From assembly GCF_002105155.1 (NCBI RefSeq), contig NW_019028979.1, forward strand, positions 1,612,001 through 1,676,000: a stretch of 64,000 bases of DNA, read 5' to 3'. This document shows, one piece after another, positions 14,385 to 26,845 of this stretch. Position numbers and translations under genes: made by a program. The notes beneath the pieces were generated by a model. That model did not search any database and was not told the origin of the DNA. It was given only the letters and a program-made list of their open reading frames with translations. How positions within the stretch are numbered: position 1 is the first letter of the stretch; every line of letters starts with the position of its first letter. This DNA comes from Lobosporangium transversale. Its lineage: Eukaryota.

Positions 14385-17300
14385 CTACTGTTGCAAACCC
14401 AGTTGTTGTAATCGTTGCTGCTGTTCATGCCTTTGTTGTGCACTTTCAAGAGCCTGTCGAAGTCTCTGTCCATCCCTGACCATCCTAGCTCGCCCAATTA
14501 CCCTAGGCATCACCGTGTTGAGCGCCCAATCTGCCTCAGCAAGCATCTCTGGCGAACCCTCCCGAATGCATGTGTCAATGTATTCGCCCAACACATACTT
14601 ATTAACAAACACGAGACGACCAGGTGTCATAGACTCATCATCGCCATGACTGTTGCGATCACCATAAGCAAGTCTCTCTGTAGGTGAATGGAACAAAAGT
14701 GACGAGTCGAGGGAAATTTCTGATGATGATCCTGACCATTGTGACGAGTCTCGCTGTGTCGGTGTTGCTTCTACTAAGAATCCATCCCCGGGTATTGTCG
14801 ATCCATCCAAGTCCACATGCTTCTTCTCTTCACTAATCGAGTACTGACGTCCTCCATCCACCAAATAATGCATTACCAATTGAGCGTCCTTCAGCCGATC
14901 CTTGGCTCCAGAAACAAATCCAGATCGTTTCTCATGCTCCAAAAGCTGAGTCCGTTCACGAATATGTGACAGAACCAAAAGATTCAGCATCGAGGCACTT
15001 CGTTGTGAAATCTCCACTCGCTCAACCAAATGCTTAACAGGCATCTGCAGTTTCTGGGCCTGCCTTGTCAGCAACCAATCCGATAACGTCGTCGACAATA
15101 AGTTCATGTCTTCTTCATCTCCTATGGCCTGGAGGCGACCATTGCTGATGCCACTGTCGTGCGCGGTCAGTATTTCATTGATACGACTTTGTTCGCTCCT
15201 CACAAAATCCTTAAACACTTCTCGTCCTGCTTGATAATCCTGTCGCTTCATGACGAAATAGTCCATCAAAAACTCATAGAATGATCCTGAGAAGCCGCCC
15301 ATCTTCATCTCATGCTTCCTCATCTCATCCAATAAGAACCCTCCCTCCTCCTCCATACCCTCCAACATGAGGCATGCCCGAACCATTGGTATATACCATT
15401 CTGCAGTCTTTTGGATTTTACCCGAAGTCGAGCATTGTGAAATCAGGCTACGGGCTGAGATGGGATCCTGTGCACGGATACAACAATTTAGCAAGCCCGT
15501 GAAAACCTCAGGTGTCAGATCTACTACTGGCTGCTCCTTCAGCATTTGATAACGCACAGTCCGAAGAACATAGCGTGCGAGTTTATCCTGTCCCTGTGAA
15601 GCTCCAATGATCGTCTGATACAATTTGGTATCTCGCTCAATTCCTTGAAGTGGTAGCTCCTCCCACCGCTTCAAGACTTCATCTACCTTATCCGCACGCG
15701 CTAGACCAGCCAACACGTTCGCCATCGTTGTCGAGTCGTGGTATCGAGCAAAACCATTACCACTTCTAAAATTATTGTTATCACCGCTTCGTTGATTAAC
15801 TCCATTTGACTCCAGGATATCTCGCATTTTAGCTTCTACAAACTTTAGCTGCTTCTCCAAATGTGTATACAACTGGTTCGAGTGAATCCATTGACTCGCC
15901 ACAAAGGGCGAATGAGACGTCATTCCAAAACAGGCTTCAATTAATGGCCCAAAATCTTGTGGCGATTGAACACTATAGCCTCCCCAAGACGTCATCTCTT
16001 CAAAGATCCTCATAACCCTCCGGAAAGTGTCTCCCGACTCGCGGGAAACACCATACTCACGCGTTCTGGCTGTTGTTTCCATCATAGTGATATACGTTGC
16101 TTTCAGGGGTCTCAATTTATAGTCCTTCTTCATTTCAATGAACAACTTCCTCGCATAATCATGTAGTCCCCATTCATGTGGTTGTAGCAAATTCAATCTA
16201 GTAGTGATGCGGACTGCTGTATCATAGTCTTCCACAGTCCACTCGTCCTTGGGTATGCCTTCCATAGCCTCCTGACTCTGGCGCCATATATACTTTACTT
16301 CGTTAAATTGTAGCCAGCTCAACTGAGGCGGAGTAGTAATAGCGGGAAGTACATCTTTTGGCAGTGTATTCATCTGTCGGTGCCTGGTCGTCGTCGAAAC
16401 CATGTTCACTATCCTATCCAGGGTAATTGCACAGGCGGACATCATGGACCGATGGATATCTTTGAGTCGGATTTGATTGATGTCCGAAGCTTGTCCTTTA
16501 TCTACCCAAACCTTGAAATCATGTCGAATGGCCTCATAGTTTCCAGTCTTAGCATGGTGACGGGCCAGTGCAACAAACGGCCCAATAGAGGGCAACGTAT
16601 CGCGTGTGTGCGAAAGCGTATGCATGATGTCGGTTGCACGTCCAATAGATCCACATTTGGCAAGAGCTTCTGCAATATTAGAGTAAAGTTCGGCGCTCGT
16701 AGGATCCATAGCATGCAGCTTTGGTAAAATATTTTCAAGTCGCTCTCGTGATTCTGAGTCTCCAAGTGCCTATAGTTTTATAAGCAGCACCACCGAAAAA
16801 TTAGTAGTGAATCACTGAGGTGAGACATGTCGATCCAAATTGCCTCCACTAAGCATTATAAAAAATAGGCAGCGATCTGCCCTAGAACTAAAGCAATACC
16901 TGAACAACAAAACCCCATAATCCGTCATCCATCACCACATTGTCAAGTCGAATTAGTTGGTCCGCCATCAAAAACTTCATTGTGTTTAACTCGTTTAGGA
17001 ATTGTACAGGCCGGGATGTATTATTCTCTCTAATGACTGCGGAAGAAGCTGACTGTATACATTCAAACATGGCCTTCCATAAAGCTTGGTCCAATTCAAC
17101 GTTGTTCAAATCGGGCAATTCCCATTGTTCTAATGACATAACTGCGGGCAAGCGACCATGTCTAATTACATCTACAAGTGCATACACAGACTGCCAATGC
17201 GCTCGAGCAGCGGAAAGACTAGTATATTCTTGAGATGTAGTTGCGACTTTGAGTAACAGCAATATGGTTGATCTATCAGGCTGTAAAGCAGCCCTCCCCA

Positions 17301-17933
17301 TATTGGCTTCACGGCCCATGTCTGTTAGGATTCCAATAGCGCTGTTGAGCGGATCAAAAGTATCATCTTGTTTAGTAGGAATCGATGCTGTTGAAGCAAG
17401 CGGAGCAAACGCCTTGGGTTGCTCTGCAAGTGTTTTTAAGAGAAAGTGAAAAAGCTCTTTAGTGGCCGCGGTTTTATTGCTACCAATAGTAGCGGTTACT
17501 GCAACGCATGCTTGTTGAAATCCTGCAAAATCGCCTATGGCTAAGAGTTGCTCAAGTTCCTGAACAGTGACAGATGATGATGATCCTGAAGCCCCCTCAA
17601 AAGTTTGTTGTGTGCTATAGGCTAACAATAAAGTATACAAAATTAGAGTTGAAAGCCATCAAGTCTAATGAATATGAATAAACACCACAACTCCTTACAT
17701 CGATGAGCCCAATGTGCCCGACCAGTGCCTAAAGACGATGTTGTTGATCCTGAGTTTGAACATGTAGGAACACTTGTATTAGAACATACTGCTGAGCCTG
17801 TCGTTATTGTAAAGCGTTGTTGGAAGGCTGTATTCATCCTTGTGGGCTGTAGTAGTACACTGGCATTGTTTTGCCTGTGGATGGCTCTACTCAGGGATGA
17901 TCCCGGTTTGACTGACCTCACCACCGATTGCAT
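14385..17933 (-). CDS. Pentatricopeptide-repeat-like protein, probably mitochondrial, 3 exons
   Basis: Exons 17933-17699, 17621-16900 and 16769-14385 join in frame through GT..AG introns. The N-terminus is basic, S/R-rich and presequence-like. PPR-like helices include ATYITMMETTAR, DTKLYQTIIGASQ and TPEVFTGLLNCCIRAQD. Confidence 0.7.
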
Positions 17934-20491
17934 GGGAGAATATTATGAATTGTCCAACACTTGTTCAGATCGAGTTGTGCTATGGAAAAGTTGGTCCGCT
18001 CTCTACCTTTCCTTGAGACCGCCTGGTAATGAGCGTGGATATTTTGGAATGAAGACAAGGACAGGGGACAAGGATGAATGAACGATTGAGACTATAATGG
18101 TGCTGATCTGTTGCCTAGTCTTTGTTTGATGGGACTGTTTATACTTGAATATAAATGTTGCAAAGCCACGATATCAAATTTGGTTATTTTTATGCCAGGA
18201 TTGTCGACTGAGCAGAATGGGTGAGTAGCTTGTACATACGCATAAGCACTGTCAAGTAATTTTTATTTTTGTCGCGTCCTAAAAAGCGAGTATCGAGCAA
18301 ATACCGTTTATACCCAAGTTGATCCAATCATAAGTACAGCTTAATATTTTAGAAATAAACGGAGAAAAGTTCATCGTTCAAGAAAAAATAAGCATTGCTT
18401 CAGTGTCATTTTACCTTGCCTAAGTCACACGTGGTTCCTGTATTACTGCAGCAACGCAGAAGAAATTTCCCATCTCTCAATTTAGCCTAACTCAAACTCA
18501 CCCTGCCAAAAGTATATCTTCAATAAGGATGGATAAATTTTGTTCTACCCGACTTTGAATAGTTCAACAAGAAAAATCTTTTGGGGTTAGCGAGTCGGAA
18601 GTGTTACAAAGGACGTACTTCCTCATCATCAGAGTGACCATGGGATATAAACGGCATCGGAAGACATTTCAGTCCTATTCATTAGGCCGCTTTCAAGATT
18701 ATTGTTTTGCCATTTGCAACATATAATATAATATGCGTTTTAAGTGGAAAGGAGTTCTTTAGATCAAATGAATATATGCAAGTAGGAGTGTAAAAGGGGA
18801 ATGTGTGCAATAATTTGGTTCTTTTCTGCTGAATAAGGAAATGCATGCATTGCACACAGCCACTCAGGGGATGTAACTTATCTCACAGTAAACAGTTTAT
18901 GTTCATGCACAGCTGGGAATCAACAACATTCTTATGTGCCCTATGCTTTGTGTTTGGCTCGTTTCCATTAAATTATAAACTAGAAATATAAATAGAAGAA
19001 AGAATGTCTCGACACCATTGTTTCCGATCTGCAAGCTCAGTTATTTCGGAAAGAGCTTAGCTAAAAGCATGATATAATATATACTTCCTATGTTTGTGAC
19101 GAAAAGAAAAAACAGTAGCTTCCAAAGAACAAATGCTGTGCTGCTGTGCTGTGAAAGATATGGATCTTAATATCCAATTGGAGTGAAACAGCTAGACTAT
19201 TCATGTTGTGGCACAATGATTTTAGGAATTGGGTTTGCATAATAAGGTGGGAGAATTATTTTGTGCATCTCGGAGTTTTATGTCATCCTTGCATAGTTGT
19301 TGGAAGTAGACTCAGCATGAAATTCTTCCTTTTCCAAAATAACACTTTGATCGCCTGGTTATTCTGGTCACAACCTTATATGTTTTTAAAGTTAAACTGA
19401 TGACTGAATTAGGTCTACGACTGATTTTTACATTCCACTTAGGTGTGGCGAGCTTGCGAGGTTATTCAGAAAGGCACTTCAGGTTGTGATCAACCGAAAC
19501 AGTATGAACCAAGTTTTAATTATTCTGATCATTTTTTGGTCATTATCAAAAGCTCACGAGACTATAGTTCTCTCTTAAAAAAATAATAATAGCATATATA
19601 TTTAATAATAATAAAGCAACGGACTCGTAGTCGCACGTTTTTCAATGTTTTATATATGGGCAATAATGCCAGCTGGACAGGAAAGTGCTGACGATCTTTA
19701 TTAGTTGTGTTTTTGAATAAAAAAACAACACATATAAACGGGTGAGTCTATTTTGGGGTATGTTTTTAAGATCTTCAACCATTTCCGTGGACTTTACGAA
19801 TAAATTTATATAAACCTTCGCCTTTCTTAGATTTCTATTCCTTCTCCGCTTGTTAGATAAATTTTTTTCCCGCATGTGTAACCTGACATGCCTTATCGTC
19901 ATTACATTGGTCACTTGAACAATTAAGTATCCTTTAAGAGAAATATATACACGCCATTTGCCCTCTCTCTTTCCAAACAAATAAAAATCCAAATGCAGTT
20001 TATTTGGTCGCGGACATGCATGTTCAATATCATCACAATGAATTTTTGGCTTTCTGAGTAAGGTTTTCATATCCAACCACGCTTTTTTAACGTGGTTGAA
20101 GAAATGAAGAAGGACATGAAGCCTGAGACTTTAGTACACTTTAAATTGCTTGTATAAGCTCAGTCTAATCATATTCTAAAGAGTAGTCAAATGCAACACT
20201 CACTGGAGAATCTCTGATAACGCCATTCTCATGGCTTTCGGTTTAGGATTTTCAATTCAATCACCACTGACAAACATTTTTTCAAGGTGGCTAGAGTTGT
20301 GTGGCTTAATTCAATTGTATTCTAAGAAGCAGCCTGTATGTTTTGACTTTTGAATAAATCAGATATGGCTTGCTTGGTGTGGATGGTGTAATGAAAAAAA
20401 AAAAAAAGCATGTCAGATGACTGTGCATAATAGCTATTTTATAATATATACAGTATATAGAGCGAATCTGAATCAATATTAAGACAGGGAG

Positions 20492-20633
20492 TGCTCTGTG
20501 TCTTGAAATGTGACTGTCACTGCTCTGTGTCTTGTTTGTGTAACCATTTTGGCGTATATTTAAGTCAAAGTGCGTATAATGTAGTCAATATAAACCACAG
20601 AATGCGTAAAATGTAGTGAAAACGGCGTATATT
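20492..20633. repeat. Subterminal direct-repeat cluster
   Basis: TGCTCTGTGTCTTG occurs twice (20492, 20521). Related 18-mers GGCGTATATTTAAGTCAA, TGCGTATAATGTAGTCAA and TGCGTAAAATGTAGTGAA lie at 20551, 20571 and 20603, with a partial GGCGTATATT at 20624. Confidence 0.75.
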
Positions 20634-20990
20634 CCTTCCTTTTCAATCATTAGTATTTCAGATACCTTGCTATTCTGGTATTATTTAACTTTTTACAGAC
20701 CACATCTGGTCAAGTTAATCTAAACTAACATTCCCTTTATCCATACTCCATACTATTCGCCATTTATTTCCCTCAACGGAAATGAGGAGAAAGTGCGTTT
20801 AGACGCTACCAAACGCCAAACGGATCGCAAACGCGCGACTCACAAACATACCAATTTCTTTTTATTTTATTTTTTTGGCAAAGCAATTAATGCATTTAGT
20901 ATTTTATTACTATATCTATTATTATATATGTTACTATCGTACATGCTTCTATATATGCTATTGTTACCTACCTGGGAAGTGTATTGTCAT

Positions 20991-23900
20991 TTATTGGTCA
21001 TCTTCAGGATCCTCTTGCTCCCTAGCTTTCATGGATATCAACAGTGAGTTAATAGTCTTTCCCTCATTTGCCTGTGACCACTCAGCAACAATGTCTTCAG
21101 GATTGCGACCTTCCCTTCGTGCTGCTTCGTTGATCAGCCTAATTAACTCATATCGTCGATTGTAGGCCCTTTGGTCTGATGTATTCACTGGCCAACTCGG
21201 GTTCAATCTTTTAAATGCTGCAAGGGGCCCATGAAACTCATCCCAAGCATCTGCCACTGTGAGCTTTCCGCGGTCTGCTTTCCATTTGAAAGTGGCGCTT
21301 GATGAGCTGGGGCCTGGGGACGAGTGATGCGATGGCTCTGGCGCTCGTTGGAAGCAATGTAGAGGAGCTTGAACCAGCGATGAGTGCTGTTGAGGTACCT
21401 GTGGGGGACGCGTCGCAAACGGCTGCTGTTGAGGGACTCTGCGCAGAGCAGGATAGCTTGGCATAGTATGGGGATATGGCCCAAGAAGACCGGCTGAATT
21501 CAAGGGATGCGCTGGAGCTTGGCGAGCTGACGGATCCTGCAATAAATGTATCACTATCTCCATTTGCTGCTTTAGCGTCGCGAGCTCTGAGCTCATGGCA
21601 GACAACTGCGCCCTTTGTTGTGCTTCTTGCTGTGCCATTTGTGCTCCTTGCCGAGCAATAGCTGCTTCAAGAGATGCATTCTGGTGACTAAGGCTGTTTA
21701 GCGCGTTGGAGACCACATGTTTGTCAACTGGGACTAATGGATTGACAACATTGGCGCTCTGCTGATGCACTTCGATCGCACGAAGGAGCTCTCTCTGAAA
21801 GTCAAGGAACAGCTGACTCTCAAAGATTTCTGGAAGTGATTCTAAAAGCTTATTGCTCAGAGTCCTTCCTTTGCTGTCAGGCTTCAGGTACAGCACGGCG
21901 TCTTGAAGGATAACTCTCCTCATTTGTACCAGCAATAGTAGGAAAGCTCTTCGATCAATCATTGCGCTGTTCATGAGCTTATTGGCCGTTGCGGCGGAGC
22001 TTCCCGTAGTTTCTTCATCTTGATCCCTAGCCGCTGTCGAATGGCGCATACGCTCCTGCCAGCCTCCCCAGTGCAGGTCGTCCTCCGTGATGAGATCCGG
22101 GTTTACATCTGTCATAGCATCATTACAATCCTTGACCCATTCCTCATTCTCTCTAGCGCTGCTGTTAAAGTTCCCTTCGATCCAAGGGAAAATTTTCCTC
22201 TGCAGCTCCAAGTCAGGGATAACGAGATTACGCTCAAGGATATAAGGTTCCTGTTCCTTGTTGAAATGAGCCATATAAAACGCGCCAGTGGTGGGGTTCT
22301 TTGGAGCATAGAAACTCTCCATCTGTCCCATTACCCAACGCCCAAGGTGACGGATATGCTCCAAGCCTAAGCCCAGACGGTACGCATCTGATGTTCCTGC
22401 GTGTCGACCGGCGTGAGTGACCTTGGTCGAATAAACGCCACAGGTTCGCATCACAGAAGCTGTGGCATCGATTTGAGTCTTTGGTGCAACAGCATTCTTG
22501 CGAAGGCCTGCGTTGCGCTTCTCGATCGTACTAGCCGCGACCAAAAGCTTGATGTTGTACCAATCGTCAGGATCAGCGAAGTTTGGGACATCCTCCTTAT
22601 CCAGCTATTATAGGAATGGTACGCGACCCAACATTTAACAACGAGCTAGGAAAGTACATAACCTATATTGCAGTAAGAAGAGACAAGAATGGCACAAATC
22701 TCTTACCATAAATCGTTCTAACATGTAGAAGCCAAACGCTCCTACAGTACACCTGTAAAAAACTTTATGACGAAAGGCGGTTGCATAAAGCTTAACACCC
22801 TTTTTATTTGTTTTGCCACGAGATATGCAAAACGTAAGTCCGAGAGCTGGCTGGGACCCACTTGCCGGATGGGAAGACATGATACTGAACACATCAGATA
22901 GGTTAAGATTGCGAATGTCTTCATCTCGCAGCAGCATATGGTGTCGTGCCAAGATGCAAAGGCGCTCACGCATATATTGAAATCTACCTTCCGCATGGTA
23001 CACTCGCTTCCCTTTTAGCCGCAGCATTGGCTTCATACCCCACGTATGGAGGGCCATCCGAATGAACTGCTTCTCATTATAGGGGTCGCGAATAGAACAG
23101 GTATCAGTGCGCGTCGATCCCTGGAATGAGGTGTCGTACACTAGTTTCCCCTCGTATTCCTCGATAGCCTCCTTCAGCGGGATATCCTTGCGCGGATGAG
23201 GTGCAGGGTTTGGCCAATCCACCTTTGATGACGCTTGCTCCTTGTAGAGATAAATTAATGCCTTCCTGGCACAATCCACTGTTTCTATCGAGATAGGCGC
23301 ATAGATGAATCTTCGGCCAGTCTCATCAGTTTGCGGATGCGAAAGAACTATATTTGGATTAAAATGAAGTGTCAGAATGTCAATTAAGAGTGAGCCACAG
23401 CTTTGAACAAGGTTATTTTGGTTACATGATTACACTAGATTTACTTTTTGCTCTTTCCGCAATGGAGGAGACCATGAGGGCTTGTGGTTCAGCAGACATG
23501 AGGGCCTCTTCTTCAGCTGGTTGCGAGTGATTTTGTTCCTCGTCTTCGCTTCCTGCATCGTCTTTGTCACCTTGGGAGGCTTCCTCAAACCCCTCAAATG
23601 CCGGAGTCTCATAAGGCTGTGAATTACGTTGGCTATAATTTTGCTCCAGCTCATGGACAACATCCTGAAAAATACTTTCCTCTGTCTCTGCTTTCCAAGC
23701 CTTTGGTTTTCTCTTATTTTCGCGAGTCAGCTTGCCCTCTAACACTGATCTGGCCGCTTGTGATGAAGCCTTTCCAACGACGCCACTGAATCCCGCGTTT
23801 GAATCAATATATTTCTTTACTGTGCGCTTGAAAACAACCTCCTCGAAAAACTTTAACATTTTTCTTGCGTCAACGCTGCAGTCCCCTTTTTCTCTTGTGC

Positions 23901-24454
23901 TGCAGAACACCTATCATTTATATTGTATTTGCATATTTTGTATTACGAAGCATGAAAAAAAAAATTTGACTGTCCTAAAAAATAAAATAAACAAATAAAC
24001 AAAATAATAAACTTACCTGCCAAGCTTTCAAGTATGTCTTGTACTGCAGCAATGTCTTTGAGGGATTCTTGTTGGCGAGGAGAGATTCGAGAACATGGTT
24101 AGCACAGGTTTTTCTCTGCTCTGCTGTTTCTTCAGACGAAAAAGGCGACTGAAGGTGGCTGGAAGAGTTATCAGTTGTTGCACCGATAATCGTGTCTTGG
24201 GAGTAGATCCGCTTGCGAGGGGTGTGTTCCTCGGAGACGTTGTGGACGCCTACAGAACAGGCCCTTCTTTTGCCCTCGCGGATCTCTCTCCTTTTTTCTT
24301 TTTCATCTCTGGCTTCCTTAGCCTTTCGTGCATAGCCACTTCTTCCTTCTTTCCCTTGCTTCACGCTAAATTCGAAGAAGGTCCCGCTTGGACCTGAGTT
24401 TATTGATGAAGAGGCAGCGTTGCCAGAAGAAGAAGAAGCGATAGTGCGGGGCAT
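20991..24454 (-). CDS. Crypton-type tyrosine recombinase (Ndc10-domain-2-like YR) with C-terminal GCR1_C-like domain, about 1052 aa, 4 exons
   Basis: Exons 24454-24017, 23910-23445, 23347-22707 and 22604-20991 splice in frame with canonical GT..AG. Catalytic motifs: LLRDEDIRNLNLSD (R), RGKTN (K), THAGRHAG (HxxR), LGRW (W), ESFY (Y). Also CTVGAFGFYMLERF, PNFADPDDWY and C-terminal TVADAWDEFHG...RAYNRRYELI. Confidence 0.9.
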
Positions 24455-24742
24455 CTTGATAGGTTACTTTATATTTTTTGTTGAGGGAATTGGGTAGATA
24501 TTTGTGAGTACGATCAAGTGTTGCAAGTAGTGGTTATCGTAATAAATAGCGATGATGTATAATGTATAAAAGAAAAGAATAAAAAAGAAAAATGTAAGCG
24601 AACATGGTTTTATACTTTTAGCTCATATTGTCAAGTCCAGTTCAAGAATATACTCTCCTCATATTTCAATTGTTCAATCGCTATCTTAGTGAGCTTGATC
24701 AATTGTTAGCTTCCCTCAAGCGCGTTATTTTCCTTTGAGTAC

Positions 24743-24797
24743 GGAATGAGTACAGATGAGGAATGAGTGGAATGAGTGGAATGGAATGCGGGAATGA
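24743..24797. repeat. Imperfect GGAAT(GAGT) tandem repeats upstream of the recombinase gene
   Basis: ggaatgagt acagatga ggaatgagt ggaatgagt ggaat ggaat gcg ggaatg. Confidence 0.7.
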
Positions 24798-25669
24798 AGA
24801 ATTGTATGAAGCAAGGTGTTGATCAGATCAGACCGCTTTGTGAGCGCGCTACGCGCGTGTAACTAAAGATACTTTTAGTTTCTACTTTTCAGTTAGATGT
24901 AGTGAAAAGACATGTGCCTGAATTCTAACCTCTGTGTCTCTGTGTCTGTACGTGAAACCTATGAAACATTTTGCCTATTAATGGGCATACACTGGAATTT
25001 GACTTAATAAACTATTACAGTATATGTATATATAATATAATAGTCGTAGAGTCGGACACTAAATGTGCCTTTGTGCTGCTATCCATTACCAAGTAATGTT
25101 CCCGACACACTTAAAAGACGAATACCATATACTGTATATATATATATATATATATACCATGGGGATGCATAATTTAATCTGGATAGAAAGGATAGAACGA
25201 GGCTGAGCTTTAACTCACAAACAAAAACGCAATGACACCGCCACGATGACAGTCACTTAGAACTTTCTGTTGGTTGATCATGCACATGTTTGTTTGTTTG
25301 TTTATTTGTTTGTGCTGCTCTTTTATTTACACATTTGCCTAACGACAATGTTAGCGACACCCCTGTGTCAACAAACCCTCATATTATAAACATGATTGAA
25401 TTGGAGAGGAAAAAATGAAATAAGAAATTGGGTACACACAGACATTTGAGCACACACGGACCCAGGATCACAAATATGAAAAAAAAAAAAGTATTTAACT
25501 AGCTGAATGTCCCAATAAAAACGATCTATCCTCAGTCCACAATCGCCATCATCCTTAGCACCAACTATAGCGCTTATTATTAAACCTTCTCCGAGATAGT
25601 TCCCTTTCATAAAACTTCATTCATCATAATCTTTTTTTTTTCTCTCCTAGCTGCATATCAATTACTGCA

Positions 25670-26845
25670 ATGGTTTACAATAGTCAATTGCGATCTCTCT
25701 CCGGAGATTGCCCCGCCACCAAGTCCAAATACGAGTCGAACCAACCGTTCTTATCGTCCTCGGCCTCGTCAATTACAGGCCAACCTTTCTCGCAAGACCC
25801 CGAATCTAACAACAGCAATGCCTCGCAGTTGGATCCCACTTATCTATCGATTACGCATAGCCCTGTGGGCAACAACGATACAGAGTGTCTGCAATGGTGG
25901 ACAAATGGTATAACTCCCACACGTGATACTCAATCTGACGCGTATCCTTTCCTAACGGACAACGTCTCAGAGGAGATTTTGCAAAGCCAGTTCTTTGCAT
26001 CATTCCTATCGCCAGTAGTCGCTAATGAGCCCGGCGCGATGGCAACAGATGTTTTCTTAACCTCAATAAACCATAGTCACCATAACCACCAATTCAATCA
26101 ACAATACCATAATCACTACCATTCACATCAGCAGCAATATGATCTAATGCAACGGCACTCGCTATCCCTTGAATCACAACAATCTCAATCGCAGCCTGAT
26201 TCAAATACAGTCCACATGCGTCAAGTCATGGACTGTAATATGGTTGAAGATGCGGCATCACCAATCTTTGGGTTTTCAGAATTGAGCCTAGGCGATTGCC
26301 CTTCACTTTCCACTGCTGTATTTCCAGCTATAACTGTGTCATCGTCACCGGCAGTAGTGACATTGCCGTCGTCATCACCATCGCCGTGTATTCCCATTTT
26401 TGTAGCCCCTGCCATTGTAACCCCTGCCGTTGTCACCACAACACCCAATAGCTCCTGCAATACTGCAGAATGTCCAAAAGCGATGAGAGTATCTGCCTTG
26501 CCAGCTCAAGCGCCTGCAATCACGGGCTCGACTACAGCCAAACGCAGGGGTCGCAAATCTAACAAAACGCCGACTATACACAAATGCATTATTACAGGCT
26601 GTAGTTCCGAATTTGACAGGAAATATACCCTACAGCAGCACATATTCACTCACCTCCCCAAAAGTCAACGGCCCTTTGCTTGCACTCATGAGGGATGTTC
26701 CAAGAGGTTCAACCGGTGGGCTGATAAAATGCGCCATGAGCGAGTTCATACGGGCGAGTCTTCCTTTCAATGTAAATTTTGTGAAACCAGCTTCAGTCGA
26801 CCCGACGCTCGTTTGAATCATTATCGTAGAGTCCACAGAGAATAA
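25670..26845 (+). CDS. C2H2 zinc-finger transcription factor (3 C-terminal fingers), 391 aa
   Basis: CIITGC..F..KYTLQQHIFTH; RPFACTHEGCSKRFNRWADKMRHERVHTGE; FQCKFCETSFSRPDARLNHYRRVH. The N-terminus is S/H/Q-rich. Confidence 0.92.
   Translation: MVYNSQLRSLSGDCPATKSKYESNQPFLSSSASSITGQPFSQDPESNNSNASQLDPTYLSITHSPVGNNDTECLQWWTNGITPTRDTQSDAYPFLTDNVSEEILQSQFFASFLSPVVANEPGAMATDVFLTSINHSHHNHQFNQQYHNHYHSHQQQYDLMQRHSLSLESQQSQSQPDSNTVHMRQVMDCNMVEDAASPIFGFSELSLGDCPSLSTAVFPAITVSSSPAVVTLPSSSPSPCIPIFVAPAIVTPAVVTTTPNSSCNTAECPKAMRVSALPAQAPAITGSTTAKRRGRKSNKTPTIHKCIITGCSSEFDRKYTLQQHIFTHLPKSQRPFACTHEGCSKRFNRWADKMRHERVHTGESSFQCKFCETSFSRPDARLNHYRRVHRE

Larger units (their letters stand above)
20449..25025 (-). mobile_element. 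Putative full-length Crypton (CryptonF-like) DNA transposon, about 4.6 kb
   Basis: YR+GCR1_C gene flanked by direct repeat TACAGTATAT (20449-20458 and 25016-25025). Subterminal motifs ATGTAGTGAAAA and CTCTGTGTCT occur at both ends. Boundaries are inferred. Confidence 0.6.

Noticed and set aside
19642..20076. 144-aa minus-strand ORF as a second Crypton gene
   Set aside because: It lies outside the proposed terminus, has a non-ATG start and shows no motif.
20551..20633. Spaced repeats as a CRISPR-like array
   Set aside because: Eukaryotic context, degenerate 18-bp units, spacers of only 2-14 bp and no cas genes.
20991..24454. Kinetochore NDC10/CBF2 orthologue
   Set aside because: It retains catalytic YR residues and element-like flanks, and true Ndc10 is restricted to point-centromere yeasts.
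25127..25156. ATATACTGTATATA as an alternative inverted terminus of the Crypton
   Set aside because: It merges into a (TA)n microsatellite, so a chance match is likely; not fully excluded.
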